Source of the DNA: Pseudobdellovibrionaceae bacterium
GTDB taxonomy: Bacteria > Bdellovibrionota > Bdellovibrionia > Bdellovibrionales > UBA1609
Length of the DNA: 64,000 bases
Reading direction: 5' to 3'
NCBI GenBank assembly: GCA_030591685.1
Contig: JAUVAX010000003.1
Location: 64,744 to 128,743 of the forward strand
Part shown: one piece after another, positions 39,757 to 53,803 of the stretch
Position numbering within the stretch: the stretch's first letter is position 1
Layout of the letters: the number at the start of each line of letters is the position of its first letter
Made by a program: the position numbers and the translations under genes
The notes under the pieces: model-generated
Seen by the model: the letters and a program-made list of their open reading frames with translations, nothing else
The model's database searches: none
Told to the model about the DNA's origin: nothing

Positions 39757-40258
39757 GAGTGCCTCCTTTTATTCTCGAAAGAGCCACTGCCCCTATGGCC
39801 ACCGCCAATAGCAACAAGCCCAATAATTCAAAAACAAATATATACTCTGTAAACAAAAGGCCTGCTAAATTTTTAGTTGTCATTTGAGTACTTGAGTTAA
39901 GTAGCTCTTTTGTCTCCGGAACAAGAAAAAACGATTTTACCAAAATTATTAAAAACACGACGCCTGTAAACACCTTTAATAATCTAGTAAAAAACCCTCT
40001 AGAAAACGTGTACACTTCTCTTTTAAGGTCAAACAACATTATGACCATCACAAAAAGCACCAACACGGCCCCTGCATAAACAATAAGCTGCACGCCGGCT
40101 AAAAAGCCAGCATCCAGCATAAAGAACACTAACGAGACTCCTATCATTGTAAGTACTAAGTAAAGTGCTGACATGATCGGATTCGGGTTAAACAGCACGC
40201 CCAAGGAAAGCACTGTCATAAAAAAACTAAGACCATAAAATACTATTGCTGCTTCCAT
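39746..40258 (-). CDS. nuoJ: NADH-quinone oxidoreductase subunit J
   Basis: LIVYAGAVLVLFVMVIMLF motif. I start it at ATG 40258 (MEAAIVFYG...), 2 nt after the nuoH stop. The track's 40327 start would overlap nuoH. Confidence 0.85.
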   Translation of the reverse strand: MEAAIVFYGLSFFMTVLSLGVLFNPNPIMSALYLVLTMIGVSLVFFMLDAGFLAGVQLIVYAGAVLVLFVMVIMLFDLKREVYTFSRGFFTRLLKVFTGVVFLIILVKSFFLVPETKELLNSSTQMTTKNLAGLLFTEYIFVFELLGLLLLAVAIGAVALSRIKGGTHAE

Positions 40259-40260
40259 AA

Positions 40261-41442
40261 TTACACCCACTGAGTTCTGAATATAAAAACAATTATTGCG
40301 GTTAAAATAGTGTTTGCTAAAGCCCAAGGGAGCATTGTTTTCCAGCCAAGATCCATCAATTGATCATATCTAAACCGTGGCAAGGTCCAGCGAACCCATA
40401 TAAACACCCATAAAAAAATAAGAACTTTTACTAAAAACACCCCGTGAAGTAAAAACGCGGTGGCAACGCTTGAGCCCGTGCTGCTTAAGCCTAAAAAGCT
40501 TTCAACCCCAGCTAAAACCTGGTCTGGCGTTACAAAGGGTATGTTATAGCCCCCAAAATAAAAGGTCACGAGCAGGGCTGATGAGACCAACATATGCCCG
40601 TACTCACCAATATAAAACATGTTCATTTTAAAGCCACCATACTCAGTGTGGTAACCGGCAACAAGCTCACTTTCTGCTTCGGGTAAATCAAAGGGCAGCC
40701 GGTTGGCTTCTGCAAAAACAGCCACAAAAAACAATACAAACCCCAGGGGTTGATAAAAAATCCCCCAATTTGGCAAAAATGACCACACAATATCTTTACC
40801 TAAAAATTGAAAAGCTAATGAGCCCTGTTGTTGTGCAATGATTTCAGCAAAATCAAAAGAATTATATATTAGCAAGATCCCCACTAATGACAGGCCCAAA
40901 GCTAACTCATAAGATATCATTTGTGCCGAGGCCCTTAGCGCGCCAAAAAGAGAGTATTTATTAGAAGAGCTCCACCCTGCTAGCAAAATAGAGTAAGCCG
41001 CAAGGGACGAGATGCCTAAAACAAATACAATACCAATCCCAAGTTCAACGCTTTGAAAAGCAAACCGGTAGGGGCCCCAAGATTGGCCAAGGAACTCAAA
41101 AATCTCTACATGTATTGGCACCGAAAGAGGGATTGCCCCAAACGCAACAGCTCCTGGTATTAGGGCAATTATAGGTGCGGCCAAAAAAAGAAGTCTTCGT
41201 TTTTTGTCTGGCAAGAACTCTTCTTTAAATAAAAACTTTACCGCATCTGCTATAAGTTGCATTAGGCCCAAGGGCCCTATTCTGTTGGGCCCAAACCTGT
41301 TTTGTATAAAGGCAGACCCTCGCCTTTCAACCCATACGAGCATTGGCACTATTTGCACCATCATTAAAAAAATAGCCAACGCCTTGGCCGCGTTGATTGA
41401 AATCTCAACTATATCTGAACCCATAAAATTATTCCCACTCAA
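40261..41442 (-). CDS. nuoH: NADH-quinone oxidoreductase subunit H
   Basis: WVERRGSAFIQNRFGPNRIGPLGLMQLIADAVKFLFKEE, AEANRLPFDLPEAESELVAGYHTEYGG. 393 aa. Confidence 0.9.
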   Translation of the reverse strand: MSGNNFMGSDIVEISINAAKALAIFLMMVQIVPMLVWVERRGSAFIQNRFGPNRIGPLGLMQLIADAVKFLFKEEFLPDKKRRLLFLAAPIIALIPGAVAFGAIPLSVPIHVEIFEFLGQSWGPYRFAFQSVELGIGIVFVLGISSLAAYSILLAGWSSSNKYSLFGALRASAQMISYELALGLSLVGILLIYNSFDFAEIIAQQQGSLAFQFLGKDIVWSFLPNWGIFYQPLGFVLFFVAVFAEANRLPFDLPEAESELVAGYHTEYGGFKMNMFYIGEYGHMLVSSALLVTFYFGGYNIPFVTPDQVLAGVESFLGLSSTGSSVATAFLLHGVFLVKVLIFLWVFIWVRWTLPRFRYDQLMDLGWKTMLPWALANTILTAIIVFIFRTQWV

Positions 41443-41812
41443 GCGCTTTTGATTTCATTTCCCAAAGTAATCCAATTATAAAGACTAAAATAAACACGCC
41501 CATTGCCGCTAATACCTGCGCCCCGTACCCGTTTGTAATGGCGTCTCCAAAAGAAATCGCCCAGGGGTACATAAAAATAATTTCAATATCGAAAAGTATA
41601 AATAAAATGGCTGTTAAATAAAATTTGACGGGGACCTTCGTGTGTCCTGATTGCTGAACCTCAATCCCACATTCATAAGACGATTTTTTTAACGAAGATT
41701 GTTTAATTTTGGGGCCCAGCTTTGCCGTCCCCCAAACTAGAAAAATTCCAAACAGAGCAATAAGGGTAATTAAAAATACAATCGCAATAACACTGGCCAT
41801 GAAGACTCCCAA
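41429..41812 (-). CDS. nuoA: NADH-quinone oxidoreductase subunit A
   Basis: SSYECGIE, LFILFDIEIIFMYPWA, KSKALEWE. 127 aa (start may be M5). Stop overlaps the nuoH start by 14 nt. Confidence 0.9.
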   Translation of the reverse strand: MGVFMASVIAIVFLITLIALFGIFLVWGTAKLGPKIKQSSLKKSSYECGIEVQQSGHTKVPVKFYLTAILFILFDIEIIFMYPWAISFGDAITNGYGAQVLAAMGVFILVFIIGLLWEMKSKALEWE

Positions 41813-42223
41813 TTTAGCCCTGCATGCTCTTTTAGTTAGCCGATAAGCCTATGGCTTTTGTACGCCTTAAAAAACATGAGTTTTTTTGTATATGTCGTTG
41901 ATCTTTCTAGCAGTTTCACCTTTATAACGCATCATTTTTTATTAAGAACTTTCGAGGCTGCTAGGTGATAATGCCTTTCAATAAAGCCCTTCTAGGCCTC
42001 TTTTTTTTAGCCCTCCAAAGACCCCCATTTCAATAGAAACTCGAAGGCTTTCTTTCTTTTATTCGCATTTTTTTGTGCGTATAAACCTCTCTTTTTTTGT
42101 GCTTTTTTATTAAATCATCTTTTCCTTCGCCGCCGCCTTGCATTATATGCTCATCAAAACACTTTGTTTTTGAGAAACAGCCTAAGTACGTACTATATTT
42201 AGTTTTTTTTATAACTAGGGGTC

Positions 42224-45200
42224 GTGTTTTTGTCTTTTTCAGGGTTTAGCCCAGTAAATGCCGTGATCGAAAGTGAGGATTTGTCGCTATATGTAGACTC
42301 AATGCTCGCAGAGGCCCTTGGCTCTGAGGCCCCCTGCATAGAGATAATTGGTACAGATAGCATCTTCTCTGTGGCCCTTCTTTTAAGCCGGCCACAAAAA
42401 GATTTGAACTCCTCAAGGCCACAGCTCGTTGTTTTACCTACTGAAAAAGATTGCGAAAAATTTGAGCAGCAATTGAGGTTTTTTAACCCAAGCGTAGAGA
42501 GCTTCTTATTGCGTGGGTTTGATGTAAGCCCTTATTCGAACCTTTATCCAAGAACTCAAAACATAAGTAGCCGTGTGTCGTGGGCACACTTTGCCCAACA
42601 GGCCCGCCCGGGACAAATTTTTATTGCCCCCATAATGGCGCTATTACAAAAAACGATCCCCACTGAGATCCTCTCTCAAAACTCCCATGTATATGGGCCA
42701 CAAATGGAGCTTCCCACAAACATCAGCCACTTTCTAACGGGCCTTGGCTACGTCAGCGTTCCTATTGTCGAGGACGTTGGTAGCTTCGCTCTGCGCGGAG
42801 GAATTGTTGATGTTTTTTCTCCCGCCCACAGTCATCCTGTTCGTATCGAACTTTTTGGCGACACTATTGAGTCCCTTCGTTTTTTTGACCCCATTACACA
42901 AAGAAGCCTGCTGCCTGCCGAAGAATTTTACGTCATACCTGCAAGAGAAATTTTATATACAGATGACAACAAATCCCTGGCCACTTTGAATTTCAATAAA
43001 TCAAATCTTGGTCGCGAAGTTCCCCCTGAAGAATCTTACAATATTATTCGCTCCATTAATCAAGGACATTACTTTCAAGGAATTGATTTTTTATTACCCT
43101 TTTTCTACAAAGCTTCGTCTACTCCTGTAGAGCATTTTTCTAGCCCTATTAATATTTTTTACCTTGATCCATTAGAGCTCACCCATGAATATGATAAGTC
43201 TTTTTCAGAGCTTAAAGATGAATTCGACGAAGGAACCTCGTCGTGTCTCTACCCTGACTATAAAGATCTCTTCTTAAAATACGAGGATATTAGAGCCCCC
43301 TTGGAGTCAAAAAAAATACTGCTCTCCAAGGTTTTAGTTAATGATGTTTCCTCTGAGCAAAATAATATCATTCAATGGCCCCAGTCGGCAGCAAAAGAGG
43401 TTTTAAGCGTTTTGAAAGCAAAACGTGACGATCACAAAGATTTTAACAAAGAGCTTTTCTCTCGACTGACTCGTTGGCGCGAAAACGATGGGTCTGTGTT
43501 CATTTCTTGCCCGGGCAGCATTCAAGCTCAGCGCATCGAGCACGCCCTAGATGTTATTGGATTTAAATGCTCTTATGTATTAAGCGATCAATACTTATGG
43601 CAACAATACATAGAAGAACAGAGGCGAGACTCTAAACTCATTCACATCATCTCGCGTCCTTCATTTAAAACTCTACACCTTATAAATGAAAATATTATTT
43701 TTTTAAAAGATGATGACATCCTTGGACACAAGCGGGGTCGGCGATCTTATAAAGAGACGGGCACTCTTCAACAAAGAACTCGGGCGCTCAGCTTTGGAGA
43801 GCTGAAAATTGATGACTTTGTTGTTCATAAACTGCATGGGATTGGCATTTACAAGGGCCTAAAGGTAATGGCCATTGGGGGTGTTGATTCTGAGTTTATT
43901 GAGCTCGAGTACAGAGGCGGCGATAAGCTTTATATGCCTGTTTATCGGGTCGGCCAAATCCAAAAGTACTCGGGGCCGTCATCAACTCAGCTGATTGATC
44001 GACTCGGAGGCTCGTCATGGGCCAAGACTCAAACAAAAGTGAGACATCACTTAAGGGATGTGGCCGGCGAGCTTCTTAGGCTCTACGCTATTCGTGCGGA
44101 AATTAAAAAGCCTGCTTTTTCGCCCCCTGATGAAGACTATTACTCTTTTGAAAACTCCTTCCCTTATGATGAGACCGATGATCAACTAAGAGCTATCTCT
44201 GATGTTCTTAGCGACATGACCTCTACAAAGCCCATGGATCGACTTGTTTGTGGCGATGTGGGTTTTGGGAAAACTGAAGTCGCCCTTAGAGCGACCTTTA
44301 AAGCCATCGAGGACAAGCGACAAGTTGCCATAATTGCCCCAACAACAATTCTTACCTTTCAGCATCTACAAACCTTTATTAAACGCTTTAAAGGCTGGCC
44401 TGTAAAAATCGGGGCACTCAATAGATTTGTGCCTAAATCAAAACAAAAAATACTCATTGAAGAACTTAAAGCCGGCGAGCTTGATATTATTATCGGAACT
44501 CACCGACTTTTTTCAAAAGACATTTCCTTTAAAAACTTAGGCCTTTTAGTTATCGATGAGGAGCAAAAATTTGGCGTCAAACACAAAGAAAAAATCAGAA
44601 ACCTCAAGCAGTCTGTAGACACTCTTGCATTAAGCGCCACCCCTATACCAAGAACATTAAACTTAAGCTTAATGGGGATTCGCGATTTAAGCATTATTAA
44701 TACCGCTCCTGTTGACCGTTTGCCTACCAGAACTTTTGTGACAAAGTTCAACCTTGAAACCATAAAAAAAGCGGTTCACAGTGAACTTTCTAGGGGTGGT
44801 CAAATTTTCTTTTTACATAACCGCGTGCATAGTATTTATGCCTTACATGACGAGCTCAAAGAGTTTTTGCCTAATGTTCGAATGGCTGTTGCGCACGGGC
44901 AAATGGATGAAAATGACCTTGAAAAAACTATGATTAAATTTTTTAATCACGAAATAGACCTTCTTATTTGCACTACAATTATTGAATCGGGACTGGACAT
45001 ACCACGAGCTAATACTATGTTTATTAATAATGCTCATCAACTGGGCCTCTCTCAGTTATATCAACTTCGTGGGCGTGTTGGCCGAAGCAAAACAAGAGCG
45101 TATTGTTACCTTCTTGTCCCCAGAGCAAAGAAACTCACTGATATTGCACAAGAGCGCTTAAAGGTAATTCAAGAGCATACAGCACTTGGCAGCGGCATTC

Positions 45201-45781
45201 ATATTGCTCAATATGACCTAGAGCTTCGAGGTGCCGGCGATATCCTCGGCGAGGACCAGTCTGGTAACATCAATGCTGTTGGATACGAGCTTTATTTAGA
45301 TTTATTACAAGAGCAAATCGCACTCCTAAAGGGCGAGGTTATTAAAGAAGATCTCGAACCAGAGATTAATTTAAATATCAAAGCCCTTATCCCTGATAAC
45401 TATATTTCAGACATTCGAATCCGGCTCTCTTACTACAAGGCCCTCTGTGATATTGAGCAGGCTGAAGATATTGATAAGATCGAGGAAGAGCTTCAGGATC
45501 AATTTGGCTCGCCCCCAGAACCTGTGCTTAACCTAATGGGCATTATGTTAATAAGAAAATTTTGTAAAGACCTTTGTGTTCGTGACATTACGGCGGGAAA
45601 GGTTGGTTTGTCGTTAGTTTTTACTGAGAGCACCCCGCTCACTGTGGATAAATTTCTTAAGCTCACCCAAAGGCATGACCGAAAATACTCCCTTGCCCCT
45701 GACAATCGTTTAATCATTCGCATGAAAGAGGTTCGTTGGCCAAGGGTTTCTGAAGAGCTTCAGTTTTTAAGCTCTCTATAA
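42224..45781 (+). CDS. mfd: Transcription-repair coupling factor Mfd
   Basis: GTG start, 1185 aa. UvrB-homology N-terminus, CarD/RID region (DFVVHKLHGIGIY), SF2 helicase motifs GDVGFGKTE, DEEQKFG, SATPIPRT, and the TRG motif QLRGRVGRS. Confidence 0.95.
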   Translation: MFLSFSGFSPVNAVIESEDLSLYVDSMLAEALGSEAPCIEIIGTDSIFSVALLLSRPQKDLNSSRPQLVVLPTEKDCEKFEQQLRFFNPSVESFLLRGFDVSPYSNLYPRTQNISSRVSWAHFAQQARPGQIFIAPIMALLQKTIPTEILSQNSHVYGPQMELPTNISHFLTGLGYVSVPIVEDVGSFALRGGIVDVFSPAHSHPVRIELFGDTIESLRFFDPITQRSLLPAEEFYVIPAREILYTDDNKSLATLNFNKSNLGREVPPEESYNIIRSINQGHYFQGIDFLLPFFYKASSTPVEHFSSPINIFYLDPLELTHEYDKSFSELKDEFDEGTSSCLYPDYKDLFLKYEDIRAPLESKKILLSKVLVNDVSSEQNNIIQWPQSAAKEVLSVLKAKRDDHKDFNKELFSRLTRWRENDGSVFISCPGSIQAQRIEHALDVIGFKCSYVLSDQYLWQQYIEEQRRDSKLIHIISRPSFKTLHLINENIIFLKDDDILGHKRGRRSYKETGTLQQRTRALSFGELKIDDFVVHKLHGIGIYKGLKVMAIGGVDSEFIELEYRGGDKLYMPVYRVGQIQKYSGPSSTQLIDRLGGSSWAKTQTKVRHHLRDVAGELLRLYAIRAEIKKPAFSPPDEDYYSFENSFPYDETDDQLRAISDVLSDMTSTKPMDRLVCGDVGFGKTEVALRATFKAIEDKRQVAIIAPTTILTFQHLQTFIKRFKGWPVKIGALNRFVPKSKQKILIEELKAGELDIIIGTHRLFSKDISFKNLGLLVIDEEQKFGVKHKEKIRNLKQSVDTLALSATPIPRTLNLSLMGIRDLSIINTAPVDRLPTRTFVTKFNLETIKKAVHSELSRGGQIFFLHNRVHSIYALHDELKEFLPNVRMAVAHGQMDENDLEKTMIKFFNHEIDLLICTTIIESGLDIPRANTMFINNAHQLGLSQLYQLRGRVGRSKTRAYCYLLVPRAKKLTDIAQERLKVIQEHTALGSGIHIAQYDLELRGAGDILGEDQSGNINAVGYELYLDLLQEQIALLKGEVIKEDLEPEINLNIKALIPDNYISDIRIRLSYYKALCDIEQAEDIDKIEEELQDQFGSPPEPVLNLMGIMLIRKFCKDLCVRDITAGKVGLSLVFTESTPLTVDKFLKLTQRHDRKYSLAPDNRLIIRMKEVRWPRVSEELQFLSSL

Positions 45782-45814
45782 AGTTTTTAATTTAGAAAGT
45801 TTATTTATTACTTT

Positions 45815-46636
45815 TTAAAACTCAATATTGATTCCGGTATTTAAAAACGGGTCTGTTTCAAAGTTTCTGTCCTGCTCAATGCTTGACTTAACAAACTGCC
45901 GAGCCTCTGCAAAAATATATGTGTTTTCTACACCCTTCTCCTCATAAGAAACCCTTGATGACTCTATATCTAATTTATTTAACTGAACTTGAATGCCTGC
46001 TGTAAAGTATGCCGAAACGGCGGTTCCGGCGTCTAAAGCTGAAGCCCCCTGACTCTCAGAAAAATTAATGATATATCCACCCGCTGAAAAGTAACCAACG
46101 ACCAAAGGCTCGTCAAAGAGAGCATCCATCGCAAACCTAAATCCCACTCTAATGGGTGTCATAGATAGTGTCGTGGTCGTGTCTAATGAGCTTGCAGAGC
46201 TGGATCCAACGCCCAGCTCTAGCCCTAGTGAGAAGAAGGAGTAGTTTCGCTTATATATATATTGTACCTCTGTTATGGGCTGGTCTTCGTCACCATATAC
46301 AGTCAAATAATCAAATCCAGAAAAGTTAGGCTCATAGTTATCTGGTCGATAAAAGCCATATCCAATTTGAAAGCTTGATCCCCATTTTTTACGTCGATTT
46401 TTATAAGGTATGAGTCTGTATACCCCGTCATCAACAACTTTTTGAACCTTTAGTGGCTCAACAATTACGTATTCGCCACTTTGGTCGAGGTACTCTATTT
46501 CACTCTGTACCGACCTCTCTACACTTTGAACTGGCTCATCATCAATATTTTCAGAAACCTTAGCGTTTGCCTTTAAAAAACTCGCATTCAATGCCAAGAT
46601 ATATATGAAGATTAAAATTTTACTTTTGGATGTCAT
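45815..46636 (-). CDS. Putative outer-membrane beta-barrel protein
   Basis: From M13: signal peptide MTSKSKILIFIYILALNASFLKANA/K. Alternating hydrophobic beta-strand pattern through the C-terminal half and a terminal ...GINIEF (aromatic C-terminus). No family recognised. The track start 46672 is also possible. Confidence 0.55.
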   Translation of the reverse strand: MTSKSKILIFIYILALNASFLKANAKVSENIDDEPVQSVERSVQSEIEYLDQSGEYVIVEPLKVQKVVDDGVYRLIPYKNRRKKWGSSFQIGYGFYRPDNYEPNFSGFDYLTVYGDEDQPITEVQYIYKRNYSFFSLGLELGVGSSSASSLDTTTTLSMTPIRVGFRFAMDALFDEPLVVGYFSAGGYIINFSESQGASALDAGTAVSAYFTAGIQVQLNKLDIESSRVSYEEKGVENTYIFAEARQFVKSSIEQDRNFETDPFLNTGINIEF

Positions 46637-46703
46637 GATTTTTATTTTAAATCTGTTTTCACATTTAAACACTCAAATACGCATTTTTTGCGGCTTTCAT
46701 CTA

Positions 46704-48329
46704 GTGCGTGTCTTAATATGCTTAGTTCTCCCCCTCGTTGCGGAGGCCTCATGGACCTCTGCTTCAGCGGATAAACGCGTCACTCAAATTATTGATTCTT
46801 TAACCTTAGAGCAAAAAATAGGACAACTTTTTGTTTTTGGGTTTTCTGGCAAAGATTTTAATTTGCAAACAGCAGAAAAAATCACTCGCCTTCATGCTGG
46901 ATCCTTAATTTTGTTTAAGCGAAACATTGGACATGTTAATCAGATATACAAATTAAATCACGATATTCAACGCCTCTCTCAAAAAACCAACAAGCTGCCT
47001 ATGATTTTAATGATTGATCAAGAGGGCGGCATGGTTTCAAGAATTAAAACTTCGCCCACCTCCCCTAGCGCCCTCTCTCTTGGTGAAACCAATGATCTTG
47101 TATTGATAGAGAAGGTGGGGTCCGTTTCTGGTAAAATTTTAAAACGTCTTGGGTTTAATCTAAACCTGGCCCCTGTCACTGACTTATCAAACCCGAAAAA
47201 AGTTAACTTTATCGGCAATCGCTCTTTTGGTAACCACCCCAGAAGCGTTTATCGTAAGGCTCGTGCTTTTGCGCTTGGACTCCTAAAAAATGGTATAATA
47301 CCAACCTTTAAACACTTCCCTGGTCATGGTGGCATTACTGATGATAGTCATAAATTGTTGCCCGTTAAAAACCTCTCTCTTTCACGACTTGAACAAAGAG
47401 ATGCCCTGCCTTTTAAACTATTAGCCCGGTCAAAACTACCATCAGCTATTATGACGGCTCACATAAATTTTCCACAAATAGATCCCAGGGGCGTGCCCGC
47501 AACCTTTTCTAAAAATCTCATACAAAATACGCTTATAAATAAATATGGCTATGAGGGTTTAATAATAACAGATGATTTAGAAATGAATGGTGCTGATGGT
47601 TCTTTATCTCCAGGTCAACGTGCCATGAAAGCCCTTTTAGCCGGGGCCGATCAGCTAATGGTCGCATGGACGGCAAAAGTCCAATCGCGCGCCTACCGGT
47701 TTGTTTTACAAAAAGCTCGCGAGGGGAGCCTCTCCCTTGATCGCGTTCACTCGTCTTTAAGAAAAATAATTAAATACAAGCTTCTCTATGCACAGCCGCC
47801 TCGATCATTAAATAAATTGGCTTTAAAAAGTGATATTAAGCAGCTTAAAACACTTTCTAAGAAAATTTCTCACATCAATTTTTTTAAGTCTATTACCTGG
47901 AACAGCAAGCCTTTTTTAAATAAAAAAACTAGGCTTTTTATCTACTCTTCATCACACAAGTTTTATAATCAATTTAAACAGTTTCGGTTCAAAGGCGCTA
48001 AATATGTTCCTCTTAAAAACGGAGCGTTGCCAAACTTTAAATTTCTTCGAGAAAAGAATACCCTTGGCATATTTTATGTCACAGGCTCCGGGACTGCGAG
48101 AATTTTAAATTCGACCCCAGACTTAATTAAAAAGCGACTCATTGTTGTGAATGCGACCTACCCAGGAATTATTAAAAGCCCTAAGAGGTTTTTAGCCCTT
48201 AGCCATATTAACCATAAAAACTTTAACTCGGCATCGTGGATTAGCAGCAACCTTATTGGCGCGGCCTCCCTGTGGCATAGCAGCAATAAGGCCGACACCC
48301 CTGCTCGCTCCCTTGCAAAGAAAAAATAA
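46704..48329 (+). CDS. Glycoside hydrolase family 3 beta-N-acetylhexosaminidase (two-domain, NagZ/YbbD-like), secreted
   Basis: IDQEGGMVSR, KHFPGHGGITDDSH, LIITDDLEM. The GTG 46704 start gives the signal peptide (M)RVLICLVLPLVAEA/SW. Starts at 46605 or 46635 cannot be excluded. Confidence 0.8.
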   Translation: MRVLICLVLPLVAEASWTSASADKRVTQIIDSLTLEQKIGQLFVFGFSGKDFNLQTAEKITRLHAGSLILFKRNIGHVNQIYKLNHDIQRLSQKTNKLPMILMIDQEGGMVSRIKTSPTSPSALSLGETNDLVLIEKVGSVSGKILKRLGFNLNLAPVTDLSNPKKVNFIGNRSFGNHPRSVYRKARAFALGLLKNGIIPTFKHFPGHGGITDDSHKLLPVKNLSLSRLEQRDALPFKLLARSKLPSAIMTAHINFPQIDPRGVPATFSKNLIQNTLINKYGYEGLIITDDLEMNGADGSLSPGQRAMKALLAGADQLMVAWTAKVQSRAYRFVLQKAREGSLSLDRVHSSLRKIIKYKLLYAQPPRSLNKLALKSDIKQLKTLSKKISHINFFKSITWNSKPFLNKKTRLFIYSSSHKFYNQFKQFRFKGAKYVPLKNGALPNFKFLREKNTLGIFYVTGSGTARILNSTPDLIKKRLIVVNATYPGIIKSPKRFLALSHINHKNFNSASWISSNLIGAASLWHSSNKADTPARSLAKKK

Positions 48330-48386
48330 TTGCACCTGAGAAATTTAATATAATAATTTTAAATAGATTTATACTCAAATGGCTTT

Positions 48387-48803
48387 TTATTTTTTGGCGC
48401 CACTTTCCTCTGAAGCCAACTTTCTTAAGCGTGCACGCTTTACTTTGCGTTGAAGCTTTTCCATTTCGACAAGTGTGATGTCCCCTGTGGCTAATTTTTT
48501 TTCTGCCTCAGTTATGGCCTTTGAGGCCCGAGATAAATCAATTTCAAATGGCTCTTCAGCCGTTTCAGAAAGAATATTCACTGAACTCGGGGTGACCTCT
48601 AAATAACCCCACGAAATAACTACCTTTTTATACTCAGAGGAGCCCTTTAGTTTATACTTAAGTACTCCTGTATCAAGCGTTGAAATAAGAGGCGCATGGC
48701 CCGGTAAAATGCCCAGCTCACCTCTAAACGCCGGGGCAAGGACCTCGTCAATTTCTGCATTAATAAGTATTTTCTTTGTCGGTGTAACAATATTTAAACG
48801 CAT
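48387..48803 (-). CDS. atpC: F1 ATP synthase epsilon subunit
   Basis: 138 aa. LNIVTP...GELGILPGHAPLIS motif. Follows atpD. Confidence 0.9.
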   Translation of the reverse strand: MRLNIVTPTKKILINAEIDEVLAPAFRGELGILPGHAPLISTLDTGVLKYKLKGSSEYKKVVISWGYLEVTPSSVNILSETAEEPFEIDLSRASKAITEAEKKLATGDITLVEMEKLQRKVKRARLRKLASEESGAKK

Positions 48804-48855
48804 ATTTGTCCTCTTAATGATAGCTCGTGCTTATGCCGGGCTATCATTACTTAAT

Positions 48856-50280
<1,425 letters not shown>

Positions 50281-50294
50281 TTAAAATTAAAGTT

Positions 50295-51167
50295 CTATAC
50301 CGACTCAGCGCCACTGATGATTTCTGTTAACTCTGTTGTTATGGCCTCTTGTCGAACTCTGTTATATGTTAATGTCATTTTATCTATCATTTCGCCAGCG
50401 TTTCTCGTTGAGTTATCCATGGCGGTCATACGGGCCCCATGCTCAGCCGAAACACTTTCACTTAAGCATCTAAAAACTTGAGTTGAAAAATGTTTGTCTA
50501 AAAGGCCCTCTATCATCGCCTCTGGTGCGGGCTCAAATATAATATCCTTTGCAAAACTATGCTCTTCAGAGTCAATTTGAGAGTATGTAATATCGACAGG
50601 CAATAATTTTTCAGACGTCAAATCTTGTGAAATTGCTGATTTAAACTCATTATATATAAATCGCACTTCATCATAATCCCCTTTAGTAAAAAATTCTTTT
50701 ATTCTAAGGGCCATGTCTTCTGCCATTGAATAAGAGATCTCTTTAGCCAGGTTTAATATGGTCTCTGTACCTTTAACCCCTCTGGTTCTAAAAAACTCGG
50801 AGCCTCTCTTTCCAATAAAGAGCAAATCGAGCGCTTCATACTTTTCTTTATTCTCTTGATAGTATTTATACGCATACTTATTAATACTAGAGTTGAAGCT
50901 GCCGCACAGGCCCCTGTCGCTCGTCACAATAACAAGTAATATTTTTTTAGACTCACCTTTTTGATCTAGCAACGGGTGCGAAACTCGGTGAGAAACAACA
51001 ATATCTGCAATCGCTGTTCTTAATCCCATAGAGTAAGGGCGCAAATTAACAATGCGATCTTGAGCCCTTTTAAGCTTTGCTGCCGAAACCATTTTCATAG
51101 CTTGCGTAATTTTTTGCGTGTTTTTTACACTCGCAATTCTTTTTCGTATATTAGCTAAACCTGCCAT
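50295..51167 (-). CDS. atpG: F1 ATP synthase gamma subunit
   Basis: IRKRIASVKNTQKITQAMKMVSAAKLKRAQ and C-terminal NRVRQEAITTELTEIISGAE. 290 aa. Confidence 0.95.
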   Translation of the reverse strand: MAGLANIRKRIASVKNTQKITQAMKMVSAAKLKRAQDRIVNLRPYSMGLRTAIADIVVSHRVSHPLLDQKGESKKILLVIVTSDRGLCGSFNSSINKYAYKYYQENKEKYEALDLLFIGKRGSEFFRTRGVKGTETILNLAKEISYSMAEDMALRIKEFFTKGDYDEVRFIYNEFKSAISQDLTSEKLLPVDITYSQIDSEEHSFAKDIIFEPAPEAMIEGLLDKHFSTQVFRCLSESVSAEHGARMTAMDNSTRNAGEMIDKMTLTYNRVRQEAITTELTEIISGAESV

Positions 51168-51172
51168 ATCAC

Positions 51173-53237
<2,065 letters not shown>

Positions 53238-53238
<1 letters not shown>

Positions 53239-53789
53239 TATTGCACCACCTGAATTTTATCCACAAAACTGTTTTGTAATTTATTAATTTGCTCTCGGGT
53301 CGCCTTTGTTTTTAAAGCCTCTTGAGCCGTATCTATAGACAGCCTCACAACTTCATCTTTTAAGTTTTGTTTAGCCTTTTCTAGCTCAACAAGTGCAGTA
53401 GCATTGGCGTCTTTTAAAACCCGATCTGATATTTCTTTGGCGTCTGAAAGTATGATGTTTTTTAACTGCAAAGCCTCTTCACGGGCGCGCTCTGCATTTG
53501 TTTTTGCCTCTTGCTCTAACTTTAATAGTTTATCGTTGAACTCTTGTTTTATTTTTTCAGCCTCATTCCGGGCCGCCTGCGCTCTTTGCATTAATTTATA
53601 AAAGTTCTCTTTGCGGCCTTTAAAAACTTCTGAAATTTTTACTTTCTTTTTTAAAATCCAAGTTAAAAGGGCCACGACAGCCAAAAAATTTATACTTTGA
53701 TAAAATATTGTTTTTGTTGGCAGCGCATCTCCTGATGCTAAGGCCGCACATGACGAAAAAAATATAATTGTAATTAAAACTCTTTTCAT
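53238..53789 (-). CDS. atpF: Fo ATP synthase subunit b
   Basis: Single N-terminal TM segment, then a long charged helix (AEKIKQEFNDKLLKLEQEAKTNAERAREEA). 183 aa. 1-nt overlap with atpH. Confidence 0.85.
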
Positions 53790-53803
53790 AACTTACAAGT
53801 CCC

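Noticed and set aside
41954-42008. Terminator-like GAGGC...GCCTC stem followed by T8 in the nuoA-mfd divergent intergenic region (possible sRNA end)
   Set aside because: The stem is only 5 bp with a ~37-nt loop and no convincing internal structure, and T-runs are frequent in this AT-rich genome. The evidence is insufficient.
53257-53265. Perfect DnaA box TTATCCACA
   Set aside because: It is a single isolated copy inside the atpF/atpH coding junction, with no cluster and no AT-rich unwinding element. A chance occurrence is expected, and oriC is predicted beyond the right edge.
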